Shown here: positions 18,947 to 29,200 of the stretch, in pieces | Position numbering within the stretch: position 1 is the first letter of the stretch | How the letters are laid out: each line of letters begins with the position of its first letter | IMG/VR virus record: IMGVR_UViG_3300010938_000023 | Strand: one strand, 5' to 3' | DNA length: 64,000 bases | DNA from: an uncultured virus (IMG/VR IMGVR_UViG_3300010938_000023) | Lineage: Duplodnaviria; Heunggongvirae; Uroviricota; Caudoviricetes | The notes under the pieces: model-generated | What the model saw: the letters and a program-made list of their open reading frames with translations, nothing else | What the model was told of the DNA's origin: nothing | Databases searched by the model: none | Made by a program: the position numbers and the translations under genes

Positions 18947-21247
18947 ATGTGGACTTATACCAATCGGCCGGGGCTCCGGGTCGAGGTACGGGCCAATGAA
19001 CGGCCGGTCGCAATCCCCCAGGAGAACCCGACCCAGAGCGTCCTAATCATCGGGACGGCCGTAGACGGGCCGTCAGACGAAGTGGTGGCCGTGACCCAAC
19101 TGGATAGCGTGAGCAAGCTGTACGGGCCGGTCACACGTCAGCAGGCTCTGGGCGATCTGGTGACCGAATACCAGCCGGGCGAGAAGGCCTTCAATAATAA
19201 CTGGCTGACGCTCGCCGCCCAGCAAGCGTACGACGCGGGCTGCCGGAACATCCTGCTGTTCCGGCTGGGCGGCCGAAACAAGGCTAAGCTCTACCTGGAC
19301 GGCTATAACCGGATCGTGGCGGAACAGACGAGCGTGCCGAACCTGGGCAGTACAGCCGATCTCCAGTACGGGAACGTGCCGATGAGCAATGCCGCGACCG
19401 TGTACCGTACCACGACGGCCGCGGCAGTTGCGAATAGCTCGTTGGTCACAGTCTCGGCCTCCTATAGTAGCACGCAACAGGAGGCGGCAATCGGCTGGCA
19501 CCTGGTGAACGTGTCCAATGGGAACGAGTACCTGATCGTGGGGTTCACGTCCAGCTCGGTCATCCAGCTGGCCTCGGCCGTCACGATAGCGTCCGGTAGC
19601 GCAGTCGTACTCTACCCGCCGAACATGTATTCGGTCATCGGCTCCAACGGGCAGGTCTATAACCCGGCCAACTTCACGTTGGGTCCTGGGAGCGGTTCGG
19701 TACCCGCTACGTTAGGTTGGGCCTATTCGGTCGCAGAGAGCCTCTGTACCTGGAACGGAGGCTATCCCAGTCCAGGTGATACCGTCTATGTCAACTACTA
19801 TATGCAGACGGCGAACAAGCACGTAATCCAGCTGGAAGCACCCTACGGGAACGATTACTCGAACGGGCGTGGCAGCTTCGGGACGAGCAGCCAGGACGGG
19901 ATCTGGGCGATCCTCTCGGCCACGGCGAGCCTAGCGACCCTGAGCTTGTACAAGCCCAAGTACAAGGGTGGCACCGTTGATTCGGGCGGGATCCCGGTCA
20001 CAGCGTGTACGATCTCGCTCCATTCCCTGGCAAACTATCAACAGCTGGTCAACACGATCAACCGGCACCCGAACAATAATTTCGTACGGGCCTCGTTACT
20101 GGCACCCGGCACGGGCACGGGCACAGAAGCGAACTGGAACGGGCTACCGGTCGAGATCAACCCCTTGACCCAGGGGGGCGAGTCGGGCCTGGCCGCATTG
20201 CCATGTGGCAATCCGAACAATGTCAGCAGCAAGCAGCTACTGAGCACGTTCGGACCCGCCCCGGCGGCCGGCGGGAGTGCCGATAACGATTGGAGTGCGA
20301 GCCGGATCTATGAGGAGCTCAGCCGGGCCGAGACGGGCGCATTAGCCCTGCTCGAGGGTCAGCCTGCGAACGTGGTGGTCGTGCCGCAAGCCTATCTAGA
20401 CGATCCCAGCAACGATTTCGCGGGCCTGCTGGGCATCCACATGTATCGCAAGAACCGGCTCGGCCTGCCGGGCCAAGCAGTGATCGGGTGTCGGCCCAAA
20501 CGTGAGGTCGAGATCACAATCAACAAGATCAACGCCCATGTCCAGGCCCTGACCAGCGGCAGTAGCGTTCCGGGCAGCCGGATGCTGCAGGGGTTCATGC
20601 TGAACGAGGACGGGAACGATATCGATTTGGGTGTCTGGCTGGTCTGCCTGGGTGGCCCGGACGTGGTCTGCCTGCATCGTGAGTTGGGCCGTTACACCAG
20701 TAACGGGGCAGTCCACTATGCAGCCGCGATCTCACGGTACGCACCCCATGAGGGGATCATCTACAAGCAGATCGGTGGGATCGAGGGGCTGGCCTGGCAC
20801 TATACACCTTATCAGCAGGAGCTGTTACGGGCCGGGGTCGGGCTGGAAGGTGATCGGGGCGCACCCTACGTCATCTTCCTGGAACGGAACGGTCGGGTCC
20901 TGTCCGATATCGACAATACGGCCGCACGGCGTCGGAACCAGTTCGCAACGATCCCAACGATCCGGGTCGTGAACGATGCAATCGTCGGGATCCGGGCGAT
21001 CGGGATGGGCTATATCGGCAAGCCGAACACGGCCCCGATCCGGCAAGCGATGGAACGCAACATCAAGAGCTTCCTGGACAGCATGGCGGCTGCGGGCGCG
21101 TTGGAGGGCGCGGAAGGGTCCGGCTATATGGTCAACGTACTGGCAGACGATATCGATGTCCAGCTCAATCGTGTGATCGTGAACCTGCATCTGAGGCCGG
21201 TCCGCGAGATCCTGTTCGTAGAGCTCGTGATCACGATCGAGCCGTAA
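18947..21247 (+). CDS. Tail sheath protein
   Basis: N-terminal RPGLRVEV, SVLIIGTAVDGP and AYDAGCRNILLFRL; C-terminal YIGKPN and LHLRPVREILFVELVI. Strong ribosome-binding site. Confidence 0.9.
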   Translation: MWTYTNRPGLRVEVRANERPVAIPQENPTQSVLIIGTAVDGPSDEVVAVTQLDSVSKLYGPVTRQQALGDLVTEYQPGEKAFNNNWLTLAAQQAYDAGCRNILLFRLGGRNKAKLYLDGYNRIVAEQTSVPNLGSTADLQYGNVPMSNAATVYRTTTAAAVANSSLVTVSASYSSTQQEAAIGWHLVNVSNGNEYLIVGFTSSSVIQLASAVTIASGSAVVLYPPNMYSVIGSNGQVYNPANFTLGPGSGSVPATLGWAYSVAESLCTWNGGYPSPGDTVYVNYYMQTANKHVIQLEAPYGNDYSNGRGSFGTSSQDGIWAILSATASLATLSLYKPKYKGGTVDSGGIPVTACTISLHSLANYQQLVNTINRHPNNNFVRASLLAPGTGTGTEANWNGLPVEINPLTQGGESGLAALPCGNPNNVSSKQLLSTFGPAPAAGGSADNDWSASRIYEELSRAETGALALLEGQPANVVVVPQAYLDDPSNDFAGLLGIHMYRKNRLGLPGQAVIGCRPKREVEITINKINAHVQALTSGSSVPGSRMLQGFMLNEDGNDIDLGVWLVCLGGPDVVCLHRELGRYTSNGAVHYAAAISRYAPHEGIIYKQIGGIEGLAWHYTPYQQELLRAGVGLEGDRGAPYVIFLERNGRVLSDIDNTAARRRNQFATIPTIRVVNDAIVGIRAIGMGYIGKPNTAPIRQAMERNIKSFLDSMAAAGALEGAEGSGYMVNVLADDIDVQLNRVIVNLHLRPVREILFVELVITIEP

Positions 21248-21382
21248 ACGATGCGAGGCAAGTAAGGGGGACCGGGACAGGGTAGAGGATACCCTGTCCC
21301 AATCACCCCCAATTCAAAATGGACCAGACCCCTGTAAGAAGGGGCAGGGAAAGGGCAGGAAAAGGACAGGAGAGGAACAACG

Positions 21383-22156
21383 ATGGGTAGTGCACCTGGA
21401 GCCAATACTTCCTATGATTGGAGTGCGATCCTGAACCGGACCTACAGCTCGTTTACTGGCTCGGACCTGTTCGCGGTCTTCGGGAATGAGCTGGTGGTCG
21501 AACTGATCTCACTTTCGATCTCGCAGAGCCGTGAGATCGCACCCGCCTATACCGCGGGCTCGTACCGGCCCCGGGGCTTCAATAAAGGCAAGTTCGCAAC
21601 CGGCGGGAGCTTCACCCTGAGCTTCTTCGACCGGGACCCGTTACTGATGCGGATCTTCAGCCCGACCCCGGAAAAGTCGATGTACGGCGTGAAGCTCAAT
21701 GCACTGTACAGTGGTGGCAATCGTAGAACGCAGGGAGATCTGGCCCTTACCGCATTAAGTGGTCAGCTCAGCCAGACCCAACGGGCCGCAGTGGATCGGG
21801 CGGCAGCATTGACTGAACGACTAGGGCAACTAGCAGCTGGCCGGATGCTGACCAATCCGACCCAGCTGCCGCCGTTCGATATCACGGTCACGTTCCTGAA
21901 CGAGGCGGGCAATATGAGCTTCTGTGCGGTCCTGGGGGTGCAGGTGATCAATACGGCCCGGGGCTGGAGCGTCGATGACATGATGACGGAACAGCCCTAC
22001 ACCTATCTCGCGATCGATGCGACCCCGGTGGTGCCGATCGTGGAGGATAGTACCTTATCACAAGCATATCTGGACCGGTTCAGCACCCAACCTTCGTTCG
22101 GCGTGATGGCTGGTCTGAATAGCCCGGCTTCGGGCGGAACTGGCTATAACACCTAA
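21383..22156 (+). CDS. Tail tube protein
   Basis: Directly after the sheath. Motifs SFTGSDLFAVFG, SREIAPAYTAGS..PRGFNKGK...GGSFTLSFFDR, QLPPFDITVTFLNE and SVDDMMTEQPYTYLA. Confidence 0.8.
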   Translation: MGSAPGANTSYDWSAILNRTYSSFTGSDLFAVFGNELVVELISLSISQSREIAPAYTAGSYRPRGFNKGKFATGGSFTLSFFDRDPLLMRIFSPTPEKSMYGVKLNALYSGGNRRTQGDLALTALSGQLSQTQRAAVDRAAALTERLGQLAAGRMLTNPTQLPPFDITVTFLNEAGNMSFCAVLGVQVINTARGWSVDDMMTEQPYTYLAIDATPVVPIVEDSTLSQAYLDRFSTQPSFGVMAGLNSPASGGTGYNT

Positions 22157-22208
22157 AAACGGGCGAGTTCGGTCAGGTCCAGCCTGGGCTGAGGCTGGCA
22201 GGGTCAAG

Positions 22209-22826
22209 ATGGCACGTTACAGCTTAGAGGACCGGAACTTCTGGACCGTGGGCCAGCGTGGCGAGGGCCTTTCGCCCGCGGGCCATATCGCGGTCTATGT
22301 CCGGAGCCGGTCGGTCCAGGACCTATCGCAGGTGGTTGTGCTGGGCGAGCTGGCGACCCTTTCGGTCTCGTTACATCGGGACGTGTTCCGAGTGCTGGGC
22401 TTGGGCCGATGCTACCCGTGGGGCTTCAGTCGATCCAGCCATCTGATCGGGGGCAGCCTCGAGTTTAGGACGTTACATGAAGAGGCCCTGATCGAAGCCT
22501 ATCGGACCGATCGGGGCCGTTTGGCGTATCGGACACCCTTGGAGCTGCCCCCGTTCGAGATCGTCTCGCTCCTCTGTAACGATGAGGGTGATATCGCGAT
22601 CCAGATCCTGCATGATGTCCTACTGATCGATGGTGGGATGGTGATTGGGATCGATCTGCCCGTGATCCAGCAGACCTATACCTGGCTGGCGGGCGGGCTA
22701 ACCCCGTTACAGCTGGTCAAGACGGGTGGGCCGCCCCATGAGATCGGGCAGGTGCTGGCAGAGCAGGCACGGAAGGCAGTTCGGACCCGGGGCACATCCA
22801 GCCTACCGAACGGGATCCTGTATTGA
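22209..22826 (+). CDS. Tube-fold paralogue 2
   Basis: LSVSLHRDVFRVLGLG...WGFSRSSHLIGGSLEF...ELPPFEI...IQQTYTWLA aligns by eye with the tube protein. Confidence 0.7.
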   Translation: MARYSLEDRNFWTVGQRGEGLSPAGHIAVYVRSRSVQDLSQVVVLGELATLSVSLHRDVFRVLGLGRCYPWGFSRSSHLIGGSLEFRTLHEEALIEAYRTDRGRLAYRTPLELPPFEIVSLLCNDEGDIAIQILHDVLLIDGGMVIGIDLPVIQQTYTWLAGGLTPLQLVKTGGPPHEIGQVLAEQARKAVRTRGTSSLPNGILY

Positions 22827-22869
22827 AAGCCGGGGGTAGGAAGCCAGGGGTAGGGGAGCTGAGAGCTGT

Positions 22870-23787
22870 ATGGCAGTAGGTGAGATTGGATCGAAGCTCT
22901 GGGATGCGACCGGGCAGGGGATCACGTATCCGGCTCGTGCTCGGGCGAGCAGTGGCAAGACCGGCCAATCGGTCCCGGGCCTACTGCGACGGGCGGAGAA
23001 TATGCCGCCTCGGCCGAGCGTAGTGGCCAACGCGATCGGGTCGAGCAGCTATTATGGGTCGCAGAAGCTGTACTATAGCAACTGCGACTTCTCGGTCTAT
23101 GGCCAGCTGATCCCGTTCGATAATCGGACCTATCGTATGATCGAGCTGGCGCCGATCCTGATGATCCAGTGGTCGGTCCTGGAGAATGTGGAACCGATCT
23201 ATGGGTTCCGGGAGCAATGGTTCCGGCGGGTCGCACATGGCTCCCGGGTCGTGGCAGGTCAGTTCCAGATTCCGTTCGAGATGAGTGCGAAGCTGCGGGT
23301 GAAGCTCTACGAGCTGGGCAGTCCGACGGACGAGCTGGGCAGCCAGAAACGGCTGATCGAGCTCATGGTCCGGCCCTGGCGTGAGGTCCGAGCCCAGCTA
23401 CAAGCAGGTGCAGCCGGCTCGGGCCAGGTGGAGTCCGAAGCGGGGTCTGAGACGGCCCCAGCGGAGGAACCGGAAGAGGGTTCGGTCGAGGATCAGCTGC
23501 GGTTAGGGGGCCCGCAGCGGAAGTATCTACGGCAGTTGCGGAGTCGGGCATTGGACCGTTGGCCGTTTCCGGGTGCATTCAACCTCTATATCTTTGCGGC
23601 ACGTCGAGCAGGCGACCCGTTCCATCCGGGGGTTACAGAGCCGCTGGACCCCGCACGGTCCTATATGTTTGAGCAGGTCGAGATCACCCAGGTCGAAAGC
23701 CAGATCGATACGTCGGGCCAGGCTGTGACCGAGACCTATCAGTTCCTGGCGAGCCGGATCCGGATGGCGGACACTTTACCTAGCTGA
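22870..23787 (+). CDS. Tube-fold paralogue 3 (possible tube initiator)
   Basis: YYSNCDF, IQWSVLENVEPIYGF, GSRVVAGQFQI and IDTSGQAVTETYQFLA follow the same motif order as the tube protein. Confidence 0.65.
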   Translation: MAVGEIGSKLWDATGQGITYPARARASSGKTGQSVPGLLRRAENMPPRPSVVANAIGSSSYYGSQKLYYSNCDFSVYGQLIPFDNRTYRMIELAPILMIQWSVLENVEPIYGFREQWFRRVAHGSRVVAGQFQIPFEMSAKLRVKLYELGSPTDELGSQKRLIELMVRPWREVRAQLQAGAAGSGQVESEAGSETAPAEEPEEGSVEDQLRLGGPQRKYLRQLRSRALDRWPFPGAFNLYIFAARRAGDPFHPGVTEPLDPARSYMFEQVEITQVESQIDTSGQAVTETYQFLASRIRMADTLPS

Positions 23788-23852
23788 AAAGGCGGCCCGG
23801 GCCTACGGAAAGGGTCAAGGTGGGTCAGCTATGATCCGGAGCAGATGAAGGT

Positions 23853-23861
23853 TGGTATAAT
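23853..23861 (+). promoter_or_regulatory. Extended -10 promoter element TGGTATAAT
   Basis: Perfect TGnTATAAT in the intergenic gap, 90 nt upstream of the chaperone gene. Confidence 0.6.
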
Positions 23862-23950
23862 GCCCGTAGTCGTTCCAAGCCACTCACGGGGCCTCGGGAC
23901 GACATCCCAAAAACCGGCAGGAAAGGAAGGCTAAGGCTAGGAAGAAGACG

Positions 23951-24838
23951 ATGATCCAAACCAACCTCTCATCACCCAACCTCCCGTTCGAGCCCAGTTC
24001 CGGTTCGGACCGAGATGCGGATACGGACCGTACCAAGATCGAGATTCCGGTCCTCACACCTGAGACCATACAGCAGTTGAAGGAACGCTATGCCGGTGGG
24101 CTGCCTCTGTTCCGGACCGGCGATCCCTATCTCATCGGCCCAGACGGCCGTAAGGTCCGAAACACTGCAGACAACGTGATCCTGGGCCTACCGTTCCCCA
24201 TCGTGTACCGGGGCCTCACGGCCAAGCAAGCGATCGAGGTCTATGAATCGATCGATCCGAACGAATACGGGCCGAACGAGCAGCTGGAGCTCCAACGGGC
24301 CTATACCGAAGCGTTCGCACTGGCCGGTGTGGTCTGGCCGGAGAATTTTGGGGAGCTCCTGGTCCTGCTCGAAGACCAGATCGGGTTCGGGGTACTGGAC
24401 CAGATCGCAAGCAAGGTCCGGGTCCAGTCCGGTGAGGTGGTCAATCCGTTACTGGTCGAAGATATCGCGTTACAGCCGGAGGGCTGGCCACCCCCTACGC
24501 CCGAACAGGTCCGAGAGTTACAGGCACGCCATCCTGGTCGGATGTTGTTCCGGTGGAGCTATCGAGGCTACCATTTCATCTATACCAGCATGTCCCGTCG
24601 CAGCTTTGAACGGCTCAGTCCGGCAGTCCAGGGCGAGCTACAGTTCATGTTGGAACGCCGGATGGCACCCAGCCGAGCCAGCATGCTGGAGTTTGTCGCG
24701 GGCCATGTGTTATATCCAGACCCCATTGATTGGGACCAGATGCCGTATGGCTACCTCTACCAGGTCTGTCTGGCGATCTATCGGGCCAGCGGGTTCCAGG
24801 TAGAGGAGCTGAACGTGGTAACCGATCTGGAGCTCTAA
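23951..24838 (+). CDS. Putative tail assembly chaperone with an internally duplicated domain
   Basis: Between tube and tape-measure genes. Two repeats of the pattern 'LK.RY...IVYR.L...VVWP...G.L.QI...I...SG'. Confidence 0.6.
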   Translation: MIQTNLSSPNLPFEPSSGSDRDADTDRTKIEIPVLTPETIQQLKERYAGGLPLFRTGDPYLIGPDGRKVRNTADNVILGLPFPIVYRGLTAKQAIEVYESIDPNEYGPNEQLELQRAYTEAFALAGVVWPENFGELLVLLEDQIGFGVLDQIASKVRVQSGEVVNPLLVEDIALQPEGWPPPTPEQVRELQARHPGRMLFRWSYRGYHFIYTSMSRRSFERLSPAVQGELQFMLERRMAPSRASMLEFVAGHVLYPDPIDWDQMPYGYLYQVCLAIYRASGFQVEELNVVTDLEL

Positions 24839-24889
24839 CAGTTTCAAGGGCATTCAGACACGAGATCGGGACCGAGCCTAAAAGAAGAG

Positions 24890-25780
24890 ATGGACGAGCG
24901 GATAGGGGCCCTAGCCCAGATTCAGTCGGAGCCGGGCCCGACGGACCGGTCGGGTCGGACACCAATATGGCTCCGGGACGAGCTGGCCTGGCCGGAGCTG
25001 GAGCGGCAGGTACGGGGTGCGGTCCGACACCTGAAGTTCGAGCTCGCGGGCCGGACCTATCAGTTCTGGGCACGTCCGTTACGGCGGGCCGAGCTGGCCG
25101 AGCTGGACCGGTACGGGCACTGGGCGTTAGGGCCGGAGGTGCTGGCCCGAGTATTGATCTGGCCACGATACGACCAGATCGATTGGCTAGAGGAGCCTGC
25201 GGGCCTGGCCTGCCAGCTGCTGTACCGGTTACGGCAGCAGAGCCTTTTGGATCCAGAGACTGCACAGCAGCTGGAGCAAGCGAGCCAGAACGAGCTTTTA
25301 GAATCGCAGGAGGCCCGGGTCTCGTTGTTCATCCAGCTGATGGATAGCGGCTATCAGGGCCGGGCACTGGACGAGCTGACCATGGAGGAATGGGTTCGGG
25401 CCTGGGTCCAAGCGCAGCATCGGTTGATGCTCCAGGGGCTGGATCAGAACGCGGTCGCACAGGTGCTCCAGACGATCCTGGACGGGCCGGCTCACGGGCC
25501 GGCCCGGGCCGATCGGGGCTTGGCCGAGAGTCCGATGCAGGCCGAACAGATCCTTACCGTACCTGACCCGGAGACGGGCCAGCCCCGTACGGTCCGACAG
25601 CCGATCACGATACCACAGGTCAGCTGGCATCAGCTGGACCCGGGCCTGGCCCGGGTGATGCAACGGTTGATCGTACAGGCCCAGGAGGCAGCCCGGATCC
25701 GGGACGAGCAGAACCGAGCTCGGGCACCGGGCCGTAGCAACGGCCATGGCCGAGCCCGTGGCCGCCGCCCGGGCCGGTGA
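24890..25780 (+). CDS. Putative tail assembly chaperone 2
   Basis: FWARPLRRAE...VLIWP...IDW...PAGLACQL resembles the domain repeated in the previous gene. C-terminal ALDELTMEEW. Confidence 0.55.
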   Translation: MDERIGALAQIQSEPGPTDRSGRTPIWLRDELAWPELERQVRGAVRHLKFELAGRTYQFWARPLRRAELAELDRYGHWALGPEVLARVLIWPRYDQIDWLEEPAGLACQLLYRLRQQSLLDPETAQQLEQASQNELLESQEARVSLFIQLMDSGYQGRALDELTMEEWVRAWVQAQHRLMLQGLDQNAVAQVLQTILDGPAHGPARADRGLAESPMQAEQILTVPDPETGQPRTVRQPITIPQVSWHQLDPGLARVMQRLIVQAQEAARIRDEQNRARAPGRSNGHGRARGRRPGR

Positions 25781-26070
25781 GACGAGCCATTGCGCACCAC
25801 CCCCCCCAAAAAGTGGGACGGCCCTTTTGGGGGGAAGGACCATCATCCGGGACATAGGCCCGTAAAAAGAAGTAGTGTAGAGCCAAAGGAACGGGCACAG
25901 CTGGCTGAGACGAGGGGTGAAGGCCCTGGCCGAGCGACGGGACAAAGCAGCCCTGTTGAGGAGGACCCAGCTCGGGTCCAGGGCCAAGTTTCTTTCTTTG
26001 GGCCAAGCTCAGGTAAGGATACACCCCCAAAGGCCAGGTGGAGCCCGTTCCTTCGTTTTTTATATGGGCC

Positions 26071-26112
26071 GGAGCCCGTTTAAAGGGGCACCTTGTCCGG
26101 TAAACGGGCTCC
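26071..26112. repeat. Perfect 12-bp inverted repeat with 18-nt spacer
   Basis: GGAGCCCGTTTA (26071-26082) and TAAACGGGCTCC (26101-26112). A third partial copy GGAGCCCGTT lies at 26040-26049. Confidence 0.9.
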
Positions 26113-26167
26113 CTAGTCGGTTAAGTGTCAGAGCGGATCGGGCCGGTTTTTGACCGGACGAAAAGCG

Positions 26168-26205
26168 GCAGTCACGAACTAGCAGTCACGAACTAGCAGT
26201 CACGA
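26168..26205 (+). repeat. 14-bp tandem repeat (GCAGTCACGAACTA x2.7) running into the start codon
   Basis: Copies at 26168, 26182 and 26196; the third copy ends on the A of ATG 26205. Confidence 0.95.
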
Positions 26206-29200
26206 TGCAAGTGAACTTCAACGAGTTCCGGGGCTACGGCTGGCATGCGAGCCGAGCGAAGGAGGAACGGGCCGAGTTCTGGGGCAAGGCCCTTTCGGTC
26301 GCGGGCCTGGGTGGGATCCTATGGGCGGCCCGTGGCCCATTGATGGCTCGGGCCGTACGGCCGTTACTGGGTCGGCTGGAAAGCTGGGCGGGCGAGACGT
26401 TACGTACGGTCCTGGAACGGCAGGGTGCGACCCAGCTCGGTGAGCTCGCAATGGCGTCGGGCGCACGGCTGGTCGATCAGGTGCTGGGCTTCACGGCCGC
26501 CAGACGTGAGGGTGGTCCCGCGATCAGCAACCTGATGCGGGAGCTGTACGTCAGCCAGCTTCAGCCGCAGCTGGAGCAGTTGGCCCGTGGCATCCCGTAC
26601 CTGGGTGATGTGGTTGCGAGCCCTCCGTTCAGCCGGTCCACGTTCCGAGAGCTGGCCCAGCTCCGCTCGGAGCTGGGTCGGATCGCAGCGGTAGGTCGTG
26701 AACAGGGCCTAGCGGGTGAGCAGCTGGCACGTGCGCAGCTGGAAGCGGCCCAGCTGAGCCTGCAACGGCTGCCTGCGTACCGGGCCTGGGCGGAGCAGCG
26801 GCAGAGCACGGACGAGCTGGTCGAGCGGACCCTAGCGATGGCTCGACACCTGGTTGAGCATGTGCCGGAACTGCCGAGCCAGACCGAGTTCTGGGGGCCC
26901 GCGATAGATGTCGCGCAGGAGCATCTGGAACGGAGCGTCTTCCAAACGGTCCGAGAGCATTGGGCTGAGACGATCGGCACCCGGGGCTGGCTGCATCGGT
27001 TCATGGCTCGGCTGGGGGATCGGCCCNNNNNNNNNNNNNNNNNNNNNNNNNNNNNNGAGCCGCCCTATCGGCCCGTGAGAGTCAGCTCTTTGGTCGGCTG
27101 GAGCAGGTCCTGGGCCAGGAGGCGGCAGCCGAAATGGAGCTCGGCCGTGGCCTATTCTACCGGCCAGGTCAAGAAGGGCAGCCCGGTGAGCTATTGGACC
27201 TGCGGAACGTACTGGCCATGGTCGGCCAGGTCGGGAACTGGATCGATGTCAACCTGCGGATCCCGATCGTGCCCTACATGTTCCAGTTCAATCCGGCTCG
27301 GCTGCTGCCTTGGATGCCACGTGCCGAGCCGAACCTGGCGGCACTCACGGTCGCCGGTGAGGTCCAGCCGTTCCTGACCGGGATCGCGGCCGCAGGCCAA
27401 GAGCAGACGGTCCGGTTGGTACTGGGCTACAATCCGGCCCGGCTCTGGAATGTACGGCTGAACCTAGACCAGCCGGGCACGTTGGCCCAACTGGAACGGG
27501 TGCCGGGCGAGTTCGTGCGGGCCCAGGAACGGTCCGGGTTCTGGCAGGTGATCAGTGAGAGCTTCCTGCAGCCGAGCCGGTACCATCGGGCCCTGATCGG
27601 CGCGGTCCATGGTGAGCCTTGGCCCGAGGGGATCCTATCGGGCCTGAGGGCCCAGGTCCCGTTCCTGAATCGGGTAATGACGGCACTCGACCTCGGCGAT
27701 CAGACCGAGCCGAGCCTATGGCAGCGGATTCGGTCAGTCTGGTCGAAGTTCGGGGACCCTCGGTACGGACCCACGGCATGGAACGAGCTGATCACACGTG
27801 ATCTGGGCCCCGCGGAAGCGGAGCAGCGGCTGGCCAGCCTCCAGCGGTTCCTGGGTGCCCGGGGCCAGGTGGGGCCGCAGCTGGAACGGTGGCTGGGGCT
27901 GGACCCGACCGAGCCGGGTGCCCGGATGCAGTTTGTGGAACGGCTTGCTGCGGAGGCCAGTCAGCCTACCTCGGGCTTCCTGAACCCACAGTTCCGGGAG
28001 GTCTGGCACGAGTATCGGACCAACCCAGAAGCGTTCCTGGGTGGGACCTGGCGGTCCGAGTACGATGAGCTGTTCAGTATCCCACTCATCTCCCCGGAAC
28101 ATTTAGAGACCCGTATCGATTACCTGTACCGGCAAGCGGTCCGTGAGCAGATTCTGCGTCATCTGGCCGATGCGGAGGCGAGTGGGACCCGGACCGAAGC
28201 ACTACAGCAGCTGCTGGCTAGGCTGGGGGATAGCCCAGAAGAGCTCGCGTTCGTCGGGCACCTGCTACTGAGACAGGCTCGGGGCCAAGCACCCTATCTG
28301 TTCGGTGCGGGCCGGCTGCAGCAAGCGTTACGTGGCCAGCTCACGGCCACGGGCGGGCTGGCAGAAGCGGTTCAGGCACTCTGGCCGAACCTGGAGACGG
28401 GCCTGGCCGATCTGGAGCAGTTGGGGCCCCACCTGGCCCGGGCCGTGCCGCGATTGGCCCGTAGGTTCGAGCTCGGCCCGGTTGGAGGCTTCGCAGAGGA
28501 GGAGGGGCTGGAGGTCCTGGGCCGACGCTACCTGTTCGTGCCACGGGGCCAGGGGCTGTTACGTGCGATCAATGACGCGGTCCGCGGCAAGGACTCGTTA
28601 CGGCAGGGGCTGGGCCGCTGGCTACGTCAGTTCAATCCGTTCCTGGGTCGGGGTCAGGTCGGACAATCGGACGATTTTACGGCAGCGACATTCATACCCT
28701 ACTACATGCTGTACCGGCTCAACCGGATGGCGAACATCTATGGGCTGGGCTTAGGATACGAAAGTATGGGCAGTACGGCCCAGCTGGCGGCGAGCCTGAT
28801 ATTCCGGAGAGCGGTCCCGATCCTGGTGGGCGGGTTCTATGCCGGCTATCTCGGCTGGGAGCTGGAACAGACGACCGGGCTGGACCCGGGCGATGCCTAT
28901 GCGGAGGGCCGGAAATGGGCCTCGTTAGGGCTGGCCGAGCTGCGGGACATTACAGGGGTTACAGACCTATTGAAATGGGCCTGGCCCCTGATGCCGGGCC
29001 TGGAGAACTATTGGACGCCCCGGTCGGCCGATGAGCTGGAGGAGTATTACGAACGAGGCTACGATCCGGTCCGACAGGGCCGATGGTGGCTGCTATCCCC
29101 AACACCTTGGTACGGGGGCCGGATCGCAGGCTGGGTCCCGAACTGGTACCGACTGAAAAAGGCCGACCTGGAATATGTGAAGCTGGGCGGGGCCGAGAAC

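Noticed and set aside
24800..24900. Programmed -1 frameshift between the tail chaperone genes (lambda G/GT type)
   Set aside because: No XXXYYYZ slippery heptamer before the stop at 24838; the second gene has its own ATG 52 nt later.
25790..26153. Small + strand ORFs 25790..26083 and 25917..26153
   Set aside because: Weak starts, atypical composition and overlap with hairpins and repeats; more likely regulatory DNA, though not excluded.
26168..26205. Direct repeats as a mini CRISPR array
   Set aside because: Repeats are 14 bp, directly adjacent, with no spacers and no cas genes nearby.
26205..27377. Apparent frameshift or split between track ORFs 26205..27377 and 27134..32692
   Set aside because: The frame change coincides with the 30-N gap and the downstream frame is open back to the gap. 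This is an assembly artefact, not a programmed frameshift or pseudogene.
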